Part shown: in pieces, positions 8,257-15,493 of the stretch
Position numbering within the stretch: the stretch's first letter is position 1
Layout: every line of letters begins with the position of its first letter
The notes under the pieces: generated by a model
Seen by the model: the letters and a program-made list of their open reading frames with translations, nothing else
What the model was told of the DNA's origin: nothing
The model's database searches: none
Origin: Bdellovibrionota bacterium
GTDB taxonomy: Bacteria > Bdellovibrionota_C > UBA2361 > OMII01
Assembly (NCBI GenBank): GCA_044345405.1
Contig: JBIJBE010000052.1
Coordinates: 1 to 21,606 of the forward strand
Direction of reading: 5' to 3'
DNA: 21,606 nucleotides
Translations under genes and position numbers: made by a program

Positions 8257-9393
8257 ATGTTCAAAGAGCGTCTTCTTACCCCCGGTCCAACGATAATTCC
8301 GCAACAGGTACTCCAGGCTATGGAGTTGCCGATGCTGCATCACCGGAGCGAGGTATTTAAGAAGCACCTCCTTAAAGCGGCTGAGGGTATGCGGTGGGTC
8401 CTCGGGTGGGACAGCGATCCGATCTTCCTCGCCTGCTCCGGAACGGGAGCCATGGAGGCGAGCCTCCTCAATATCTGCAAACCGGGCGACACCATCATCG
8501 CGGTGAATGGCGGAGCGTTCGGCGGACGATGGGCGAAGATCGCCGAGCGGCTCAACCTCTCCGCCCACGAGATCGTGGTCGAATGGGGAACTCCCGTTTC
8601 AGAGGAACAGGTTCGCGCCGCGGTAACGCAGCACCCTAGTGCTCGGGCGTTTTGCATCCAACACAGCGAAACCTCAACCACCGTGCTTCATCCAGTTGAG
8701 CAAGCGCTCTCAGTTGTGAAGAGCATCGCCCCTCAGATGATTACGCTCGTTGATGGGATATCAGCGTGCGCGACCGCTCCCGTACCGGGAACTCCAGCCA
8801 CGCTGGATATCTTTATCGCGGGCTCTCAAAAAGCGCTCATGCTTCCCCCTGGCCTCTCCGTTGTCGCCCTCTCACAACTCGCGTGGAAAGCGGTAGAGGA
8901 AACTCCCCGTCGCTCCCTCTACTTCGATTTTGCCCTCGAGAAGAAGGCGCTCGCGTCCGGGGAAACATCATGGACCCCGGCATCAACCCTTATCGTTGGA
9001 TTGAACGCGGCGATTGAGATGTTCCGCGCCGAGGGTCTCGAGGCGATGTATGCGCGCCATCAGAAACTCTCGCGTATGAGCCACACCGCGTTGCGAGCAC
9101 TTGGCTGCACCTTGCTCGCCTCCGACGCTCCGTGCCCAAGCGTTACCGGATTCTTCCCGCCACATGGCATCGACGCGGATGCGCTTCGTACTGAGGTACG
9201 AAAGAGCTACGGAATCCGTCTCGCTGGCGGGCAGGGTAAATTCGCCGGTAAGATAGTCCGTATCGGACATATGGGGTTTGTCGATCCGTTCGATGTGATT
9301 GCCGGCATCACGGCTATCGGACGGGTCATCGAGAAGATGGGAGGTCCCGCGAACACGACCGCGGCGCTCTCCGCTATCATTTCGGAGGTATAG
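8257..9393 (+). CDS. Class V PLP-dependent aminotransferase (alanine-glyoxylate/serine-pyruvate family)
   Basis: LLTPGPT, CSGTGAMEA, HSETST, VDGIS, GSQKAL (PLP lysine) and GGQG...RIGHMG motifs. Confidence 0.92.
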   Translation: MFKERLLTPGPTIIPQQVLQAMELPMLHHRSEVFKKHLLKAAEGMRWVLGWDSDPIFLACSGTGAMEASLLNICKPGDTIIAVNGGAFGGRWAKIAERLNLSAHEIVVEWGTPVSEEQVRAAVTQHPSARAFCIQHSETSTTVLHPVEQALSVVKSIAPQMITLVDGISACATAPVPGTPATLDIFIAGSQKALMLPPGLSVVALSQLAWKAVEETPRRSLYFDFALEKKALASGETSWTPASTLIVGLNAAIEMFRAEGLEAMYARHQKLSRMSHTALRALGCTLLASDAPCPSVTGFFPPHGIDADALRTEVRKSYGIRLAGGQGKFAGKIVRIGHMGFVDPFDVIAGITAIGRVIEKMGGPANTTAALSAIISEV

Positions 9394-9394
9394 G

Positions 9395-10327
9395 ATGTCA
9401 CGAAGTGTTCTCAAGCTCTCGCGGCAAGCGTCTGAGCTCTACAAAGGTATCCAAACGCATATCTGCAAAGCGCTCGAGATAGTTGATGGCGGCGCGTTGT
9501 TTCGCTCCGACGAATGGACGAGATCCGACGTTAAGGGTGGCGCTGGAGGAGGTGGTCTCACTCGCATCCTCTCAGGTGGCAAGGTTTTTGAGAAAGCTGG
9601 CGTAAACTTCAGCGCGGTTCACGGCTTTATGGGAAAGGAGTTCGCCTCGAAGCTCGGCGTATCTCAAAGCGAGGACGTTCCTTTCTTCGCGACGGGCGTT
9701 TCACTCGTAATCCATCCCTATTCCCCGATGGTGCCGACCACTCACGCCAACTGGCGATATCTTGAGCTCGGAGACAAGGCGTGGTTCGGCGGTGGTTCCG
9801 ACCTTACCCCGTATTACCTCTTTGAGGAGGACGCGGAGCACTTCCACACCATTCTCAAGAAGACCTGCGACAAATATAACCCGAGCTACTATCCCAAGTT
9901 TAAGAAGGGATGTGACGAGTATTTCTATCTTCCCCATCGCAAAGAGACCCGCGGTATCGGCGGAATCTTCTACGATTATCTCGGTCGCGATGAGAAGGTC
10001 GATCTTGATGAGGTCCTCGCGTTCAGCAAAGACCTCGGATTCGGCTTCACTGAACAGTACATCCCCATCGTCGAGCGTCGAAAGGGGATGCCGTTCACCG
10101 AGAAGGAGAAGAACTTTCAACTCATGCGCCGAGGACGCTACGTTGAGTTCAACCTGCTCTACGATCGAGGCACCCACTTCGGCTTGCAGACCGGCGGACG
10201 GGTTGAGTCGATCCTCATGTCTCTGCCTGCGGTTGTGCATTGGGAATACTGTCCGGTGATCAAGGAAGGTTCTCGTGAGGCGAAGCTGCTTGAGGTTCTT
10301 ACACATCCGCGGGAGTGGGTGAAGTAG
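9395..10327 (+). CDS. hemF: Oxygen-dependent coproporphyrinogen III oxidase
   Basis: FEKAGVNFSAV, HPYSPMVPTTHANWRY, WFGGGSDLTP and RRGRYVEFNLLYDRGTHFGL motifs. ATG at 9395 lies 1 nt after the upstream stop, with SD GGAGG. Confidence 0.97.
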   Translation: MSRSVLKLSRQASELYKGIQTHICKALEIVDGGALFRSDEWTRSDVKGGAGGGGLTRILSGGKVFEKAGVNFSAVHGFMGKEFASKLGVSQSEDVPFFATGVSLVIHPYSPMVPTTHANWRYLELGDKAWFGGGSDLTPYYLFEEDAEHFHTILKKTCDKYNPSYYPKFKKGCDEYFYLPHRKETRGIGGIFYDYLGRDEKVDLDEVLAFSKDLGFGFTEQYIPIVERRKGMPFTEKEKNFQLMRRGRYVEFNLLYDRGTHFGLQTGGRVESILMSLPAVVHWEYCPVIKEGSREAKLLEVLTHPREWVK

Positions 10328-10364
10328 CATCCCCCCATCTCCATGTGCACCACACGAAATATTG

Positions 10365-10619
10365 CGGCGAGCAGGAATGCTCGCCCTCCCATTCTTCGCC
10401 CCGAGATCCGGGAGGGCGGTCATTCCTGACCGCCGCGTTGGAATCCGCGGTGAAGGTCATTTTCGATACGCGACATTTTCGGCGACCAGGAATGGTCCCC
10501 CTCCGAGTTTGCTGTCCTTGATCCCGGAGGGCGGTCATTCCTGACCGCCGCGTTAGAATCCGCGGTGAAGGTCATTTTCGATACGCGACATTTTCGGCGA
10601 CCAGAAATGGTCGCCCTGC
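10365..10619. repeat. Array of five 25-bp GGAG-type REP palindromes in alternating orientation (BIME/REPIN-like), 115-bp period
   Basis: Consensus GGAG-GGCGNNCA-TTCC-TGNNCGCC-G at 10365-10389(-), 10411-10435(+), 10480-10504(-), 10526-10550(+) and 10595-10619(-). Spacers are 21/44/21/44 nt. Confidence 0.85.
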
Positions 10620-10699
10620 CGCCCCCCCATTCCCCCTTCCCCTCCCACCCTCACACGGCTACACTTCCAGCGATCATTTCTAAACGGAGATTACCAACC

Positions 10700-11743
10700 A
10701 TGCTACCGACCAAAGCCTACGCCGCTGTCAACGAAAAGACCCCGCTCGCGCCATTCGAATTCAACCGTCGAGAGGTTGGAGAAAAGGATATCCTCATCGA
10801 GATCCTCTACTGCGGCGTGTGTCACTCTGATATTCACCAAGCACGTGGAGAATGGGGCAACTCGATCTTCCCGATGGTTCCTGGACACGAAATCGTCGGG
10901 AAAGTAGCCAAGGTCGGCGCGAAGGTTACGAACTACAAGGTTGGCGATCTCGCCGGTATCGGCTGCTTCGTTGATTCGTGCCGCACGTGCCCGAGCTGCG
11001 ACAAGGGAGAGGAGCAGTATTGTCAGGGACACGTTTCATTCACCTACAACGGAACTGAGCAGGATCAGAAAACCCCGACACACGGCGGGTATTCGTCACA
11101 GATCGTCGTCGACGAGAAGTACGCTCTTAAGGTTTCGCCTAAGTTAGACCTCCAAGCCGTAGCGCCCCTCCTCTGCGCCGGAATTACGACCTATTCCCCT
11201 CTTCGTCACTGGAAGGTGGGCCCCAAGAGTAAAATCGCCATTCTCGGACTCGGCGGTCTTGGGCACATGGGCGTGAAGTTCGGTAAAGCTTTCGGCGCGC
11301 ACGTTACCGTCATCAGCACATCGAAATCAAAGGAAGCGGACGCGAAGAGGCTCGGGGCGGATGATTTCCTCCTCTCAACGGACGCTGACGCTGTGCAAAA
11401 AGCCGCGGACCGATTCGATCTGATCCTCGACACCGTATCAGCGGAGCACGACCTCAACTCGGTACTCTCGATGATCAAGCTTGACGGAACGCTCGTGCTT
11501 GTTGGCGTTCCGCCACAAGCGCCTGCCGTGCACCCCTTCTCGCTCATCCCACGACGCCGTTCGATCGCGGGATCGATGATCGGTGGCATTCGCGAGACAC
11601 AGGAGATGCTCGACTTCTGCGCGGAGAAGGGAATCGTTTCGGATATCGAGCTCATTCCAATGAGGGAGATCAATAACGCGTACGGGCGAATGATAAAGAA
11701 TGACGTGCGCTATCGCTTCGTCATCGACATGAAAACGTTGTAG
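10700..11743 (+). CDS. Zn-dependent NAD(P)-dependent alcohol/aldehyde dehydrogenase (cinnamyl-ADH/YahK-like)
   Basis: CGVCHSD, GHE, the C-x2-C-x2-C-x7-C structural Zn site, PLLCAGITT, GLGGLG and DVRYRFVID. The ATG at 10700 has SD GGAG; the ORF-track start at 10565 lies inside the REP array. Confidence 0.95.
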   Translation: MLPTKAYAAVNEKTPLAPFEFNRREVGEKDILIEILYCGVCHSDIHQARGEWGNSIFPMVPGHEIVGKVAKVGAKVTNYKVGDLAGIGCFVDSCRTCPSCDKGEEQYCQGHVSFTYNGTEQDQKTPTHGGYSSQIVVDEKYALKVSPKLDLQAVAPLLCAGITTYSPLRHWKVGPKSKIAILGLGGLGHMGVKFGKAFGAHVTVISTSKSKEADAKRLGADDFLLSTDADAVQKAADRFDLILDTVSAEHDLNSVLSMIKLDGTLVLVGVPPQAPAVHPFSLIPRRRSIAGSMIGGIRETQEMLDFCAEKGIVSDIELIPMREINNAYGRMIKNDVRYRFVIDMKTL

Positions 11744-11751
11744 GATCAAAC

Positions 11752-11790
11752 GACCCAGAGCGTTCTTGATGAAACGCTCTGGGTCTTTTT
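11752..11790 (+). terminator. Intrinsic terminator between the convergent adh and ilvA genes
   Basis: 13-bp stem GACCCAGAGCGTT/AACGCTCTGGGTC with an 8-nt loop, followed by TTTTT. AAA on the other side suggests possible bidirectional use. Confidence 0.85.
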
Positions 11791-11791
11791 A

Positions 11792-13366
11792 TTAATGTAA
11801 GGTTGGTCGACGAACCTCTTCAACCATCGGCAACTCAAGCACTGGAGATGCCTGGCCCATTACCACCTGCGCGTGAGCGCCCTTCTTTGCGGGCTTTCGA
11901 TAGAACAGAAAGTCGACCTGTCCGAGAGACCCCCGTTCAGTCTGCTCCCGTATACACTTCAGAAAGGATCCAGGAGCATCATCAAGCCGGATGAGCTTTT
12001 CGGTCCCCGCCTCAGTACCCTGTCCTCCACCCACATGGAGCATCTGTTGCCCTCGAAACAACTTCTCGGATCCTGGAAAAGCCGTCTTGATAACGTCATA
12101 CAGTCCGTACCGCCGATCGTGAGCCACCTCGAATTCAACCCGCAGATGACCGGTCTCAGATCCTACCCGTCGAACGTAGGTGAGGCTCGCGATATTGTAG
12201 TCCTTAACCGCCTCTAAGAATTTCAGGAGCTGTCCCGGCTGCTCGGGAATGACGACATCAAAGCCCTGCCGACGTTTCTCTCTGGTGTCCATGCGGGCGT
12301 CGGCGGTCACCTCGGCCTCAAACCGTTGAGGGTCGATATTCTTTCCCGAGACGATCGCGACGCTCACGACCGAGGTCGGGTCGTTACGAAGATTGTACCG
12401 AGAGATAACCTCCTCCCCTCCAAGCGCGAGCGCTCCGGCGCCCTCCAATCGCACACCGGTTCTCTGTTCATGCCGTCGCATCGCGTTCACGAGCTCGTCA
12501 TGAGGAAGAAGGATCAATCCATCAAGAAGGTGAGCCACCGCCAGGAAGTTCTTTCCTACCATCTCTACCTTGGTACCGTCAGCTATCGTATCCGTGAGCG
12601 CCCGCACCGGCCGCCCTCGCAGCATCGCCAAAAGCGATGCTGGAGAGCTCTCATCTACAACACCCACCACCTCAAGCGGAGGAAACTCCCTCGGCCACCG
12701 AGTTTTCAGGACGCTGACAACGCCCGCCGCGAGCCCACCACCGCCGATCGGGAGCACAACTCGAACCTTCTCCGGACGACGCGAGAGGACCTGCGTCTCA
12801 AGATGCTGAAGCAGCTCAAAGCCCATCGTACCTTGTCCAGCGACGACGGCCTCGTCATCGAAGGGATGCACAAACTTCGCCGCTCCCATCTCCACGAGGC
12901 CATCTTTTCGAGCCTCCGCGAGACACTCGTCAAACGAATCACCGACCATTCGAACCTCAGCTCCAAACGAGCGGATAGTCTCGACCTTTACCTGTGGGGC
13001 GTTTTTCGGGACGTAAATAACCGCGCGCATACCGAGCTGTTGCGCCGCGTAGGCGAGCCCAGCGCCGTGATTTCCCGCGGAGGCGGTCACTAATGTTGTC
13101 TGCCCGTCCTGCTTCGCGAGATCCGCGCTTACGAGAGCGCCCCGCACTTTATACGCATTGGTCGGATTACACGTGGCGTCAGCTGTGCATCGTCCTTCAT
13201 CCGAAAGGGGCGAGAAGTTGAGTTGAATACCGTTGGATTCCATGAAGGAGAGGTAAAGCTCAGAGAGCTTCGCGTTCTTTTGGGCTTGGTCGAGGACCGA
13301 AGCGAAGACGTTTTCGCGACTGGATGGGACCGACACAGTCGTTGGTAGTGAGGAATCCTTAAACAT
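11792..13366 (-). CDS. ilvA: Threonine ammonia-lyase (biosynthetic type, divergent) with C-terminal ACT-like regulatory repeats
   Basis: AYKVRGA (PLP lysine), TASAGNHGAG, HPFDDEAVVAGQGT, PIGGGGL and TIADG motifs; regulatory repeats IPEQPGQLLKFL and LDDAPGSFLKCI. Confidence 0.85.
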   Translation of the reverse strand: MFKDSSLPTTVSVPSSRENVFASVLDQAQKNAKLSELYLSFMESNGIQLNFSPLSDEGRCTADATCNPTNAYKVRGALVSADLAKQDGQTTLVTASAGNHGAGLAYAAQQLGMRAVIYVPKNAPQVKVETIRSFGAEVRMVGDSFDECLAEARKDGLVEMGAAKFVHPFDDEAVVAGQGTMGFELLQHLETQVLSRRPEKVRVVLPIGGGGLAAGVVSVLKTRWPREFPPLEVVGVVDESSPASLLAMLRGRPVRALTDTIADGTKVEMVGKNFLAVAHLLDGLILLPHDELVNAMRRHEQRTGVRLEGAGALALGGEEVISRYNLRNDPTSVVSVAIVSGKNIDPQRFEAEVTADARMDTREKRRQGFDVVIPEQPGQLLKFLEAVKDYNIASLTYVRRVGSETGHLRVEFEVAHDRRYGLYDVIKTAFPGSEKLFRGQQMLHVGGGQGTEAGTEKLIRLDDAPGSFLKCIREQTERGSLGQVDFLFYRKPAKKGAHAQVVMGQASPVLELPMVEEVRRPTLH

Positions 13367-13432
13367 ATAAACTTTTCTAAATGCCTCAAGGCGGTGTAAC
13401 GGATCAGGAGCTGCGGGAGAAAGGGACCGGGG

Positions 13433-13472
13433 TGATGGGAAATAACCGCGCGCCGGCAGTTATTTCCAATCA
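13433..13472 (-). promoter_or_regulatory. Leader hairpin of the candidate ilvA attenuator
   Basis: TGATTGGAAATAACTGC-CGGCGC-GCGGTTATTTCCCATCA: a 17-position stem with one mismatch and one G-U pair. The 5' arm starts at the leader stop codon. There is no U-tract. Confidence 0.7.
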
Positions 13473-13553
13473 AATCGCGATAATGATGTGCGCGGCGATC
13501 GAAAGCATCGCGAGGCATGAGATAGAGGATGTCGACGAACGTGACTGCGACAT
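13470..13553 (-). CDS. Candidate Ile-rich leader peptide of ilvA (27 aa, MSQSRSSTSSISCLAMLSIAAHIIIAI)
   Basis: Manual translation. Six Ile codons, ending ATC ATT ATC GCG ATT TGA, 103 nt upstream of ilvA on the same strand. Confidence 0.7.
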   Translation of the reverse strand: MSQSRSSTSSISCLAMLSIAAHIIIAI

Positions 13554-13560
13554 GTCCTCA

Positions 13561-13590
13561 GGTGTACACAATCGGGGGGAACAACGTCAA
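13561..13590 (-). promoter_or_regulatory. Putative sigma70 promoter for the ilvA leader (leaderless geometry)
   Basis: TTGACG-18 nt (ending TGTG)-TACACC-7 nt-ATG. The -10 element is weak (3/6) but has an extended TG. Confidence 0.4.
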
Positions 13591-13846
13591 GCTCGGGCGG
13601 GCCGGAAATTTTCTTCTCTGAACACATTCGACCGCGAACACCCAAGTCGTTGCTAAACCCGCGCACTCCGTCAGGATCCCCCCCGAAGCGATATTGAGCG
13701 GCCTCTCGAACCTTTATGCTAGAGGACTGGCCCCTCCCTCCCCTCCTCATCAAGCAATCTAACCCCCTTAAACCTCGATATTTTTATCACTGAGAGAATC
13801 TTTTTCGAGGTTTCCCGTACCTTTTAGGCGCCAACCGTTAACTTTC

Positions 13847-13865
13847 TGTACGGGTAATCCGTACA
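13847..13865. promoter_or_regulatory. 7-5-7 palindrome upstream of the response regulator
   Basis: TGTACGG-GTAAT-CCGTACA, 100 nt upstream of the ATG at 13965. A related half-site, CCCGTAC, lies at 13814-13820. Confidence 0.45.
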
Positions 13866-13964
13866 TACGTGTGTGACAAGGGAAGCTCTTCAACGGTGAA
13901 TCCTCCCCACGTCGCGAATGATGAGGAGCCTCTCCTCGAAAACGTTTACGAATAAAGGTGGCGT

Positions 13965-14627
13965 ATGTCGTTCAGCACTGAACAAATAAACTCTCCCGTA
14001 AAGCTCTATCTTGTCGACGATCATCTCGTGCTTCGACAAGCTTTAGCTGAGGCGCTTGAGCATCGAGGAAAATACGCGGTCGTCGGACATACAGGCAGCA
14101 GCAACGAGCTCTACAATCAGTCACCGAACTTTAAGGCGGATGTAATCGTGCTCGACTTCTCACTTCCAAGAACGAACGGCCTTGAGGTGCTCACCGAGCT
14201 TAGGCGTCGAGGTATCGACATTCCGGTTCTTATCATGTCGGGCGACGAGTCAGGACGAGCCGCGAAAGCAGCGATCCAGGCCGGCGCGAAGGGGTTTGTC
14301 CCAAAACAAGCGGGGCTCTCTGAGATGGAGCACGCAATCGACGAGATCGCGAGAGGTGGCACCTATCTTAGTCCATCGATCGCCGCGAACAATAACGCGT
14401 CCCCGGGGCACGACGTATGCGCGTCGAGCGCGGTGCTCTCTAATCGTGAGCGCGAGATCATGGTGCTTCTCGCGAACGGCAAACCGAATCGAGAGATAGG
14501 AAAACTGCTCTCGATCAGCGTACGAACGGTGGATACACACCGTTCAAACATTCTCAAGAAGTTAGGCTTCAAGACAAACGCGGAGCTCGTGAAGCTCGCG
14601 ATCGCTGAAGGATGGGTAACCACCTAA
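13965..14627 (+). CDS. NarL/LuxR-family two-component response regulator (orphan in this window)
   Basis: REC domain (VDDH, VLDFSLP with the phospho-Asp, IMSG, FVPK) plus a LuxR HTH (LSNREREIMVLLANGKPNREIGKLLSISVRTVDTHRSNILKKL). Confidence 0.95.
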   Translation: MSFSTEQINSPVKLYLVDDHLVLRQALAEALEHRGKYAVVGHTGSSNELYNQSPNFKADVIVLDFSLPRTNGLEVLTELRRRGIDIPVLIMSGDESGRAAKAAIQAGAKGFVPKQAGLSEMEHAIDEIARGGTYLSPSIAANNNASPGHDVCASSAVLSNREREIMVLLANGKPNREIGKLLSISVRTVDTHRSNILKKLGFKTNAELVKLAIAEGWVTT

Positions 14628-14645
14628 CCTCGAGGGAACACCAAA

Positions 14646-14696
14646 AACGGCAACGGCCCGTCTCTGCTGGGGAGGCAGAGACGGGCCGTTGTTGTT
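14646..14696. terminator. Probable bidirectional terminator between the convergent regulator and yceI genes
   Basis: 17-bp perfect stem CAACGGCCCGTCTCTGC/GCAGAGACGGGCCGTTG with a 7-nt loop. Flanked by AAAAA on the left and TTGTTGT on the right. Confidence 0.8.
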
Positions 14697-14760
14697 GTGA
14701 GGAATTGCGATACCTACCCTTTAACTCCCAAAATCTCAGGACTGAAGCTCGGGCGTTTCG

Positions 14761-14794
14761 GGTACGTTCACGTTTACGTTTACGTTCACGTACC
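14761..14794. repeat. Short intergenic hexamer array (ACGTTY)x4 plus ACGTAC, with inverted ends
   Basis: GGT-ACGTTC-ACGTTT-ACGTTT-ACGTTC-ACGTAC-C. The ends GGTACGT and ACGTACC are reverse complements. Confidence 0.7.
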
Positions 14795-14817
14795 GGCTGG
14801 GCTTGAATCGCCGCACG

Positions 14818-15399
14818 TTACGGGGCTTTTACGCCCTCGATCTCAAGGGCAATTTGAACCTCATCGCCAACAACAAGACCACCGGTCTCAATCGTCTTAT
14901 TCCAGGTAAGCCCGAAATCCTTACGGTTTATAACGGTTTTCGCCTCAAACGCGGCGCGCTCTTTACCCCATGGGTCCTTTGCGGAACCTCCGTAGGTCAC
15001 ATCGAGCGTTACCGGCTTCGTCACTCCGTGGATCGTAAGATCACCGTGCGCCTTAAACGCCGCATCGCTGACCTTATCCACCTTGTTCGTCTTGAACGTT
15101 ATCGAGGGATACTTTGAGGCGTCAAAAAAGTCAGGGCCCTTCAAGTGGTCATCACGCTTGGCGTCCATCGTGTTGATACTTGAAACGGAGAGGGTAGCTT
15201 GGGCTTTTGAAGCCTCAATCTTCGCGGGGTCAAACGAAAACGTGCCGGAGAGCTCCCCGAAGCGACCAGGGACGGATGAGATCGCGAGATGCTTCACTTT
15301 GAACGTAACGCTACTGTGCGTTGGATCGATCTGATAGTCAGCCGCCCAGCAGGTGCTGGAGAGGAGGGTCGCGAGGGTAAGCGCGAGGAACTTTTTCAT
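14818..15399 (-). CDS. yceI: YceI-family polyisoprenoid/lipid-binding periplasmic protein
   Basis: Signal peptide, then YQIDPTHSSVTFKVKHL, RDDHLKGPDFFDASKYPSITF, GDLTIHGVTKPV and NRKDFGL. SD GGAG. Confidence 0.95.
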   Translation of the reverse strand: MKKFLALTLATLLSSTCWAADYQIDPTHSSVTFKVKHLAISSVPGRFGELSGTFSFDPAKIEASKAQATLSVSSINTMDAKRDDHLKGPDFFDASKYPSITFKTNKVDKVSDAAFKAHGDLTIHGVTKPVTLDVTYGGSAKDPWGKERAAFEAKTVINRKDFGLTWNKTIETGGLVVGDEVQIALEIEGVKAP

Positions 15400-15493
15400 A
15401 GCAATCTCCGAAAGGGGTAGAGGTCCTAATTACGAGGAAGAAGTAAACCTATGACGAAACGGGCGCAACCCCTAAATGGAGCGGGGCGCTCGC

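Noticed and set aside
9299-9394. ORF-track 5' extension of hemF
   Set aside because: It overlaps the aminotransferase. The ATG at 9395 has a GGAGG SD.
10365-10619. CRISPR array interpretation of the 115-bp periodic repeat
   Set aside because: The units alternate in orientation, the long spacers are near-identical, and no cas genes are present. This fits REP/BIME organisation.
10299-10699. Small ORFs across the REP array and the N-terminal extension of adh from 10565
   Set aside because: These are translations of repeat DNA. The adh ATG at 10700 has an SD and matches the family start.
12326-13093. Long antisense ORFs (e.g. 255 aa here; also 9701-10423 and 16334-16924)
   Set aside because: These are shadow frames opposite well-supported genes in moderately GC-rich DNA, with no family motifs.
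13433-13472. Intrinsic terminator or T-box riboswitch reading of the ilvA leader
   Set aside because: There is no U-tract after the hairpin, and no T-box (AGGGTGGNACCGCG) motif on the minus strand.
13381-13656. 91-aa plus-strand ORF (and the overlapping 13129-13518 and 13460-13753 minus-strand ORFs)
   Set aside because: They have no recognisable motif. They are antisense to, or out of frame with, the leader/ilvA unit, which explains the sequence better.
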